Positions 1 through 7,442 of a stretch of DNA of 64,000 nt are shown piece by piece. This DNA comes from an uncultured Streptococcus sp. (GTDB lineage: Bacteria; Bacillota; Bacilli; Lactobacillales; Streptococcaceae). The notes below the pieces were generated by a model. That model did no database searches. It saw nothing but the letters and a program-made list of their open reading frames with translations, and was not told where the DNA came from. The translations under genes were made by a program, and so were the position numbers. The stretch covers positions 30,678 through 94,677 of the forward strand of contig NZ_CAUPII010000003.1 of assembly GCF_963511325.1 (NCBI RefSeq), written 5' to 3'. Positions within the stretch are counted from its first letter, which is position 1; the number at the start of each line of letters is the position of its first letter.

Positions 1-652
1 ATAGTATCATAAGCAACGGCTTCTGTCGTTACTTCAAGCTCTGGTTTCACCTCGACCAAGCTTGGTGTACCTTCGCTTGGAATTGAAGTGGATTCTACCT
101 TAGTGCCTACTGCGATGATTTCGGTAACTGGCGCCAAGGTTACAGTGTTGGATTTGACTTGGCGGTCTTCCTTGCCATCTACAGTCGTAACCTCGGTTAA
201 AATAGTACGCTCACCTGCTACTCCTGCTCTGATGACACGGGTTTGACCCTTAAGTAAGTTCGGAGCATCCTGATAAACAGTATCATAAGCAATGGCTTCT
301 GTCGTTACTTCAAGCTCTGGCTTCACCTCGACCAAGCTCGGAGTACTTTCGCTTGGAGTTGAAGTGGATTCTACCTTAGTGCCTACTGCTATGATTTCTG
401 AAATTGGTTCCACAGTTACAGTGTTGGATTTGACTTGGCGGTCTTCCTTGCCATCTACAGTCGTCACTTCTGTTAAGATAGTGCGCTCACCTGCAACACC
501 TGCTCGGATAAGGCGAGTTTGACCCTTAAGTAGGTCTGGATCGTCCTGATAAACAGTATCATAGGCAACGACTTCTGTCGTAACTTCAAGCTCTGGCTTC
601 ACCTCGACCAAGCTCGGAGTACCTTCGCTTGGGGTTGAGGTGGATTCTACCT
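1..652 (-). repeat. 276-bp (92-aa) intragenic tandem repeat, at least 2.3 copies
   Basis: tatcata(a/g)gc recurs at 5, 281 and 557, with near-identical intervening sequence. Confidence 0.9.
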
Positions 653-1259
653 TATCTGCTTGTGGAGAATGAGGTTTTGTATGTTCATTTCTAGAAACTT
701 CTCCATTTCCCCTTACAAAATAATAACCTGTAAATTCATACCCCTCGATCCTTTCTGGTCTAGGCAAAAATTCTCCTGCAACTGTTTTGACAAGAGCTGG
801 ACGAAGCTCTACTAAGTTCTCCAAGGCAGAAACTGATAGTGCAGTCCCACCTACAGCCAAAACTGTCACTAGAAAGAGAGAGGCTCCCTTTCTCTTTTTA
901 ATGAGAGTGAGTGAAACCAGCAAGATTCCTGTACCCAGCACAGGCAGAATGGCATTTGAAAACAAGCCAGTATCAGGTAACTTAGTAGCAGACTTACGGT
1001 AGACGAAGTAATAATCCTTACCTTCCTCCACTTGGATAGCATTCTCTTCAAACCAACGTAGTTCAGCCTTCAAAGATTCAGGCAAGTCTTTATCTTCCAC
1101 ATAGTGTGACACTAGCTGAGGAATTCTTTCCTCTGCAAGCACGGCATTTCCACCTGTGCCTACAAAAAACAAACTCGTTCCCAATAAGACGGAACAAGTT
1201 CCTACTGCATACTTTCTCAAAGAAAAGCGTTGTTTTGCTTTAAAATGATGTTGTTTCAT
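1..1259 (-). CDS. YSIRK-signal surface protein with N-terminal LPxTG anchor and tandem G5-type repeats (5' part; runs off the window)
   Basis: Manual translation from ATG 1259: MKQHHFKAKQRFSLRKYAVGTCSVLLG (YSIRK-like), LPDTG followed by two hydrophobic stretches, then repeats YDTVYQDDPDLLKGQTRLIRAGVAGERTILTEV...EIIAVGTK typical of G5. No stop seen before base 1, which is why it is missing from the ORF track. Confidence 0.8.
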   Translation of the reverse strand, partial: MKQHHFKAKQRFSLRKYAVGTCSVLLGTSLFFVGTGGNAVLAEERIPQLVSHYVEDKDLPESLKAELRWFEENAIQVEEGKDYYFVYRKSATKLPDTGLFSNAILPVLGTGILLVSLTLIKKRKGASLFLVTVLAVGGTALSVSALENLVELRPALVKTVAGEFLPRPERIEGYEFTGYYFVRGNGEVSRNEHTKPHSPQADKVESTSTPSEGTPSLVEVKPELEVTTEVVAYDTVYQDDPDLLKGQTRLIRAGVAGERTILTEVTTVDGKEDRQVKSNTVTVEPISEIIAVGTKVESTSTPSESTPSLVEVKPELEVTTEAIAYDTVYQDAPNLLKGQTRVIRAGVAGERTILTEVTTVDGKEDRQVKSNTVTLAPVTEIIAVGTKVESTSIPSEGTPSLVEVKPELEVTTEAVAYDT

Positions 1260-1626
1260 GATAAACTCCAATTTCGTATCTATTCCTTATCACAGTATAT
1301 CAAAAATAGTAAACGTCTACAAAGGATTTGAATAACAAAATTGCTATATTTAGCTTCTTTATCCAATTTTTAAAGAAAAGTATCCTTATTCTTTGTAAAC
1401 ATTCACAGTAAGAACGTAATTTCCTCCCAGAAGTTCTTCTATTATCTGCTACTTAATAAACATCTAGTGAATGAAAGTAGGAGGCCGATGAAGCTTAAAG
1501 AGCCTAAATTTCTAGATTCTACAAAGCAAAAACCACAAGTAAACTCAGTTTTACTGACTTCACTTGTGGTAGTTATGTTTTATCAAAATATTTACCGAAT
1601 CCTAATAGAACTCCAAAGCCACATAC

Positions 1627-1872
1627 CTATCTCTTTTTCACCGACATTAAAGATATATCTCGCAAACTAAAATACGTAAGGACCAGCATGGCTACTGTAA
1701 TAAAGAATTCTGTTGGTAGCTGAAAGATTTGCAGGATGGACAACATGAGCAAAATCACGAGGGAAACGAGACCAAAAACAAGAATTACAATATTAACCGT
1801 TCCCTTGATACTTTGAGGTGTCGCAAATACATAGAGTAAGAGTAATAAAATCCCTATGATTAAATAGACCAT
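1627..1872 (-). CDS. Small membrane protein (DUF3165-like)
   Basis: 81-aa hydrophobic ORF directly downstream of typA, as in other streptococci. Confidence 0.7.
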   Translation of the reverse strand: MVYLIIGILLLLLYVFATPQSIKGTVNIVILVFGLVSLVILLMLSILQIFQLPTEFFITVAMLVLTYFSLRDISLMSVKKR

Positions 1873-1891
1873 TTTCTGCTCTTTCTAGCTC

Positions 1892-3733
1892 TTATTCAGC
1901 TGATTTTTTCTTTTTGTTTGCTTTCTCACGCTCTGCCTTGTTAAGGATTTGTTTACGCAAACGGATAGACTCAGGCGTTACTTCCATGTACTCATCGTCG
2001 TTCAAGAACTCAAGTGATTCTTCAAGAGTCAAGATACGAGGAGTCTTGATAACCGCTGTTTGGTCCTTAGTAGCGGAACGAACGTTGGTCATTTGTTTCG
2101 CTTTAGTGATATTAACTGTCAAGTCATTTTCACGAGAGTTTTCACCGATGATCATTCCTTCGTAAACCTCAGTACCTGGGTTGACAAAGATAGTACCGCG
2201 TTCTTCGATAGACATGATTGAGTAAGTTGTAGCCTTACCAGCATCGATAGAAACAAGGGCACCACGGTGACGACCACCAATTTCACCTGGAATCAAAGGC
2301 AAGTATTGGTCGAAGGTGTGGTTCATGATACCGTAACCACGAGTCATTGACAAGAACTCAGTTGAGTATCCAATCAAACCACGCGCAGGAACGAGGAAGA
2401 CCAAACGAGTTTGACCATTACCAGTTGAGATCATATCCAACATTTCACCTTTACGTTCAGAAAGACTTTGGATAACGGATCCTTGGTATTCTTCAGGTGT
2501 GTCGATTTGCACGCGTTCAAATGGTTCACATTTGACGCCATCAATTTCTTTTACGATAACTTCTGGACGAGATACTTGAAGCTCATAGCCCTCACGACGC
2601 ATTGTTTCGATAAGGATTGACAAGTGCAATTCCCCACGTCCTGATACAGTCCATTTATCTGGTGAGTCAGTTGGTTCAACACGAAGAGAAACGTCTGTTT
2701 GCAATTCTGCTTGAAGGCGCTCTTCAACCTTACGAGAAGTGACCCATTTACCTTCACGACCAGCAAATGGTGAGTTGTTGACCAAGAAGGTCATTTGAAG
2801 TGTTGGCTCATCGATGTGAAGAACTGGAAGAGCTTCAACTGCGTCTGTAGGAGTAATTGTTTCACCAACGAAGATATCTTCCATACCTGAAACGGCAATC
2901 AAGTCACCAGCTTTGGCTTCTTGAATTTCACGACGTTCCAAACCAAAGAAACCAAAGAGTTTTGTGACACGGAAGTTCTTAGTTGTACCATCCAATTTAG
3001 AAAGGGTTACTTGATCCCCAACCTTTACACTACCACGGAAGACACGTCCGATACCGATACGACCTACGAAGTCGTTGTAGTCCAAAAGTGACACTTGGAA
3101 TTGAAGGGGCTCATCTGAGTTATCAACTGGAGCTGGAATGTGGTCGATAATAGTGTCAAAGATTGGCGCCATAGTCTTTTCTTGGTCTGCTGGATCATCT
3201 GACAATGAAGATGTTCCGTTGATAGCTGACGCATAAACAACTGGGAAGTCAAGTTGGTCATCATCCGCACCAAGCTCGATGAAAAGTTCCAAGACTTCAT
3301 CCACTACTTCTGCTGGACGAGCTGATGGCTTATCAATTTTGTTAACCACAACGATAGGCACAAGGTCTTGTTCCAAGGCTTTTTTCAATACGAAACGAGT
3401 CTGTGGCATAGTTCCTTCGTAAGCATCTACGACCAAAACAACACCGTCAACCATTTTCATGATACGTTCAACTTCTCCACCGAAGTCCGCGTGTCCTGGT
3501 GTGTCCATGATGTTGATACGAGTTCCGTTGTAGGCAACTGCTGTATTTTTCGCAAGGATGGTGATTCCACGCTCTTTCTCAATATCGTTTGAGTCCATTG
3601 CACGCTCAGCTAACTCTGTACGCGCGTCAAGAGTTTCAGATTGTTTCAACAATTCGTCAACGAGGGTCGTTTTACCGTGGTCGACGTGGGCGATAATCGC
3701 GATATTACGGATATCTTCTCTTAATTTTGTCAT
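1892..3733 (-). CDS. typA: Translational GTPase TypA/BipA
   Basis: [26 protein letters not shown] and NKID motifs. Start moved to ATG 3733 ([10 protein letters not shown]), which follows an AGAGGA RBS. Confidence 0.97.
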   Translation of the reverse strand: MTKLREDIRNIAIIAHVDHGKTTLVDELLKQSETLDARTELAERAMDSNDIEKERGITILAKNTAVAYNGTRINIMDTPGHADFGGEVERIMKMVDGVVLVVDAYEGTMPQTRFVLKKALEQDLVPIVVVNKIDKPSARPAEVVDEVLELFIELGADDDQLDFPVVYASAINGTSSLSDDPADQEKTMAPIFDTIIDHIPAPVDNSDEPLQFQVSLLDYNDFVGRIGIGRVFRGSVKVGDQVTLSKLDGTTKNFRVTKLFGFFGLERREIQEAKAGDLIAVSGMEDIFVGETITPTDAVEALPVLHIDEPTLQMTFLVNNSPFAGREGKWVTSRKVEERLQAELQTDVSLRVEPTDSPDKWTVSGRGELHLSILIETMRREGYELQVSRPEVIVKEIDGVKCEPFERVQIDTPEEYQGSVIQSLSERKGEMLDMISTGNGQTRLVFLVPARGLIGYSTEFLSMTRGYGIMNHTFDQYLPLIPGEIGGRHRGALVSIDAGKATTYSIMSIEERGTIFVNPGTEVYEGMIIGENSRENDLTVNITKAKQMTNVRSATKDQTAVIKTPRILTLEESLEFLNDDEYMEVTPESIRLRKQILNKAEREKANKKKKSAE

Positions 3734-3776
3734 GATTTCCTCTATTGTATTCAAAAATTTATTTTCTAACTGAACG

Positions 3777-3785
3777 ATTATACCA
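3777..3785 (-). promoter_or_regulatory. Extended -10 promoter (TGGTATAAT) for typA
   Basis: TG-n-TATAAT about 45 nt upstream of the typA start. Confidence 0.55.
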
Positions 3786-3912
3786 CAATTTTAAGCAAAT
3801 GACTTAATTCAAGTAAGTGTAAATGTTTTCAAAAGATCATTATTCTTTATAAATTGAAATACAGTTGAAAAGGCATCTTAAAATAATGTACTAATGTTAC
3901 GAAAACTAATAC

Positions 3913-4046
3913 AGCTGATGGTTTTCCCATCGGACTTGGCTACTTTTTCTAGCTGGTCATTGACATAGTTGGTGCTATGACCGTTGGCATCTGTTTCTTT
4001 TGCCAAGCTACCTGTAGCGTCATAGGCATACTGAGTCACTCCACCT
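3913..4046 (-). pseudogene. rhs fragment (fusion of two internal pieces of the main rhs gene)
   Basis: Matches main rhs ~11398-11487 joined to ~10453-10507. Reads GGVTQYAYDATGSLAKETDANGHSTNYVNDQLEKVAKSDGKTIS. Confidence 0.8.
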
Positions 4047-4090
4047 ACACATTATCTTAAGTTAAACCTCACTATTTTGCTTACTATTTG

Positions 4091-4128
4091 AAAATGAAGT
4101 TGAGACCGCATCATCTCAACTTCACTTT
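4091..4128 (-). terminator. Intrinsic terminator downstream of the Rhs locus
   Basis: TGAAGTTGAGA-8 nt-TCTCAACTTCA hairpin with a T-run on the minus strand. Confidence 0.6.
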
Positions 4129-4345
4129 GTAATTATTTTTTCTTAGTTCTCAAATCCCACTCCGCCTGTAATCTGGGTAATGAGGTCTAAATGTTCTTTG
4201 ACGGTAACTTATTGCAGAATTTCAGTAATAGTGACTTCTATTTCTGACTTTAAATCATAAAATCCTATATGTACGCTATTCTTGTATATCCAAAACAGGT
4301 CTAAATTGGAATAATATTCTTATAGCTCAAATAATTCTTAAATTA

Positions 4346-4684
4346 TTATCCGTCTTGAAGATTACACTCCTCAATGTATTCTAACCATGCATCAATATTA
4401 GGTAGAACTTCCCTTTGTTCCCATCCTGAATCAGCAAAGTCATGAATTATATGCACTAGAGTACTATCAACATCTTCAAAACAGGCGATATCATCATTAT
4501 CACCTCTCCTTGCAAATGGATATAATGTTCGCTCAGGATATCTTGTTTGAAGACCTCTAAATCTCCTAACCGTTTCTTCATCGTTCATCAAGTACCAAAC
4601 ACCAAAATCAACGATACCTTTAGAAACTAAATCTTTTAATTGTTGTGGATAGGAAAAAAAAGAATGATTAAATGTAAATGGCAT
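4346..4684 (-). CDS. Putative immunity protein for the orphan Rhs-CT
   Basis: Low-GC, acidic 112-aa ORF starting 3 nt after the toxin stop. Motif PFARRGDNDDIACF...IIHDF...W, possibly SUKH-related. Confidence 0.65.
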   Translation of the reverse strand: MPFTFNHSFFSYPQQLKDLVSKGIVDFGVWYLMNDEETVRRFRGLQTRYPERTLYPFARRGDNDDIACFEDVDSTLVHIIHDFADSGWEQREVLPNIDAWLEYIEECNLQDG

Positions 4685-4687
4685 GAA

Positions 4688-6451
4688 TTAATTCCTCCGT
4701 TCTAAGTCGTACGAACCGTATGGATTCAAGGTTCGAAAAGATGATTTTTGCTTACCAACACGTAACTGAACTGCTTCTCCCCAAGTTGAAGGTGTACCAG
4801 CAGGAGTTGTAAGTCTATCTATAAATTGTTCTGGAAGAGGATCCGTATATTGATGTACTCTAGCCGTAGCAGCAATCCCAGCTCCTCTAGCAGCTATAAC
4901 CCTTGTATTATCAATAGTTGTTAACTTACCATCAGGCATATTCACAACATCAATTGCATCTCCTTTCCAACCATTAGATATCATACTAGATTGTATAGAA
5001 TCGGCTCCATTAACAGAACTTTGACTAAACCTAATGTTGTAGGGATTAATTTGTGATATTTTATCTGATGGTGCTGGCAAGGCAAGTGGTTTACTAGTCG
5101 GCCCAGGCAATGCTAGTTGCTGAACAGGGGTTACATCTTTGCGTGGTCTCGTGATCGGTACATCCCCTGATTTCGGCTTCGTCGTCACCACATCAGCCTT
5201 AGGAGCCTTCTTAGGAGACACACTACCTGCTCCGTTGGTAAAGGTGTTAAAGGCAAAGTTCATAGCGACTGTTTGACCAGTAATCTTATTGCCTGTGGCC
5301 AAATCAATACCTGTATCAATCGCAGTCTCAACCGCAGATTCCACTCCAATCTTGGCAACTTGTCGAACTGCTTGATTGCCAATATTTTGGGTCACATTAG
5401 TTGCTAGACCAGCTCCTGCTCCCATCAATTGACCGCCAATAAGACCTGAGATAGCACCCGTTCCTGCTCCTTTGGCAATCGAACCAACCAATTCCCAACC
5501 ACGTTGGCCAGAACTATAGGCATCATATCCTGAGATGATTGCTCCAGAGGCTGCACCACCGATAGCCATCGCTACGGGGGCTCCAAGACCTCCAGTCGCT
5601 ACGGTAAGAGCAATACCGACACCGATAGCTCCCGCAGTTACGGCAACCTTCTTCCAGTCGACATTTCTCACGAAATCAACGACTTGATTCTTGATCCGTT
5701 CGGCTGTTGTACAAACATGTTTTAAGGTATTCTGCAAGGCTGTTCCCCAGTTTCGGAGGAGATTCTTTCCTTCTCGGATGGTTGGGGAAGAGCTCAAGCC
5801 TGTTGCTAGGGCATAGGCAGACCGAACCACTTGTTGGCGCTTAGCTTCTATCTGTGCTGCCGCTTGCTGGTATTTCGTTTGTACATAGTCGCGGGCACTA
5901 TTGTAGGTCGTTTGAACCTTATTCCACTGTCTGCCAATCCAATTCGATGCACGGTTAACCTGGGTGCTGACCCAGTTAACACCTCTATCAATCTGTCTAC
6001 CAACCCAATTCGACGCTCGGTTAAATTGGGTGTTTGCCCAGCTGACTCCTCTACTAATTTGTCTACCAGCCCAATTAACGCCTCTACTAATTTGTCTGCC
6101 AGCCCAATTAACTCCTGACTTAACATAGTTCCAGCCTTTTTTGATACTGTTCCAGAAGTGTCCACTCGGGTCTGTATAGTTAACAGGGTTGTTCTGCACA
6201 TAGCTGTAGCGGTTCTGGCTGAGAGGGTCTGTTTCCTCCCCTGGGTAGCTATCCTCGGTTAAGAAAGTACCTCCCTGACTATCATAATACCTTGCGCGTA
6301 AATAGTCAAGTCCAGTATCATCACGGGCTTCGCCGTTATAGGCAAAGGGATTTCCTGTCGTGTCTGTGCTTGTCTTTCTTGCCCCATAGAGATGATAGCG
6401 ACTGGATGAGACGGCTTGTCCATCCTTGGTCAAACCTGTCACAGAGCCCAA
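4688..6451 (-). CDS. Orphan Rhs C-terminal cassette (core end, Gly-rich TM region, ParB/Srx-like toxin tip); probably untranslated until recombined
   Basis: YLRARYYD...YSYVQNNPVNYTDPSG core end near-identical to the main rhs. Tip IRFSQ...DGKLTTIDNTRV resembles ParB-fold toxins. Only a TTG start without an RBS. Confidence 0.8.
   Translation of the reverse strand: MGSVTGLTKDGQAVSSSRYHLYGARKTSTDTTGNPFAYNGEARDDTGLDYLRARYYDSQGGTFLTEDSYPGEETDPLSQNRYSYVQNNPVNYTDPSGHFWNSIKKGWNYVKSGVNWAGRQISRGVNWAGRQISRGVSWANTQFNRASNWVGRQIDRGVNWVSTQVNRASNWIGRQWNKVQTTYNSARDYVQTKYQQAAAQIEAKRQQVVRSAYALATGLSSSPTIREGKNLLRNWGTALQNTLKHVCTTAERIKNQVVDFVRNVDWKKVAVTAGAIGVGIALTVATGGLGAPVAMAIGGAASGAIISGYDAYSSGQRGWELVGSIAKGAGTGAISGLIGGQLMGAGAGLATNVTQNIGNQAVRQVAKIGVESAVETAIDTGIDLATGNKITGQTVAMNFAFNTFTNGAGSVSPKKAPKADVVTTKPKSGDVPITRPRKDVTPVQQLALPGPTSKPLALPAPSDKISQINPYNIRFSQSSVNGADSIQSSMISNGWKGDAIDVVNMPDGKLTTIDNTRVIAARGAGIAATARVHQYTDPLPEQFIDRLTTPAGTPSTWGEAVQLRVGKQKSSFRTLNPYGSYDLERRN
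5918..6115 (-). repeat. 6 x 33-bp coding repeat (GVNWxGRQIxR-type) in the orphan CT
   Basis: Six 11-aa units read directly in the translation. Confidence 0.85.
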
Positions 6452-6560
6452 CTGGCATAGGTCACTTCTCCCTGATCCGGTAGGTTACCGAGTTCTGGTG
6501 GGTTGACAACGATTCCCTCCTTAGTCACTGTAAGCAACTGATCCTTTAAGTCATAGATGT
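6449..6560 (-). pseudogene. Mosaic rhs remnant upstream of the orphan cassette
   Basis: Pieces match main rhs ~9233-9306 and ~10676-10716. Confidence 0.75.
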
Positions 6561-6937
6561 AACATAAAACTCTCGAAGAAATCCTTCCTCGAGAGTCTTT
6601 GCATGTTTCTATCACAACAGAAGAGGTTAATTTAAACAATTAGTACGATTCTAGTTAAGATAATCATGTAATTTAATTTCTCTTTTTAAGTTTTTCAAAA
6701 ACATTCTAAGCAAATTATTTCTGAGAACTTTTCAATTTATTAACTTAAATAAATAATTAAATTCCTATAGTCTCAGATACTAAATAACAATCACTTTTCC
6801 AACTTGAAAATAAGAGGAAATTTCTCAGAAATTACATCTATCCCAAAATTAATACCAATTACTTGATAATGGTGAAAAGTTTTGAAATATACTTGTTGTA
6901 ATTTTTCTCTTAACCTAGTATTCTCATCTAACCTTTA

Positions 6938-7432
6938 TCACTGTGCAATATCGGACCAAAAAGGAATTTGGGGTAAATTAGATAGATTTGTCTCTCTGCT
7001 TACTGTGATTCCATGAAAATAATCAGTTAGGCTTTTTGAATAATAAATGATATCTGAACCAACAATTGAAAATACAGGCGAAATTGGAGTATTACATGAT
7101 GCAATATACCTATGACCAAAAATGGGCAATAATGTTGGGGAATTCATTAAACGACTTAGTATTTCTCCTTTTGTAAGTTCTAAATTACTTGGAGCTTCTC
7201 CCCAATTATCGCTCCAATCAACATATTCTATTTCTTCTGCTATATTTTCTTTTATTACTTGTATATAATTACTCAACACCTTAACATTCTGAGGTGAAAA
7301 ATCACTCCAATCATACCAGTTTTCAGGAAGTTCCTCCATATTTCCATAAACTTTTTTAAATTCGTCAGGTAAATAAACGCTATAAATTTCTTCTATCTTT
7401 CTAAATGTTCTATTATTAAATTTCTTTGACAT
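6938..7432 (-). CDS. Cognate immunity protein, SMI1/KNR4 (SUKH)-like
   Basis: Starts 10 nt after the rhs stop and is low in GC. IEEIYSVYLPDEFK and LLPIFGHRYI...PVFSIVGSDIIYY resemble SUKH-superfamily proteins. Confidence 0.7.
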   Translation of the reverse strand: MSKKFNNRTFRKIEEIYSVYLPDEFKKVYGNMEELPENWYDWSDFSPQNVKVLSNYIQVIKENIAEEIEYVDWSDNWGEAPSNLELTKGEILSRLMNSPTLLPIFGHRYIASCNTPISPVFSIVGSDIIYYSKSLTDYFHGITVSRETNLSNLPQIPFWSDIAQ

Positions 7433-7442
7433 TATATTCCCC

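Noticed and set aside
6600..6930. AT-rich gap as an additional immunity gene
   Set aside because: No intact ORF or recognisable motif; possibly decayed, but unsupported.
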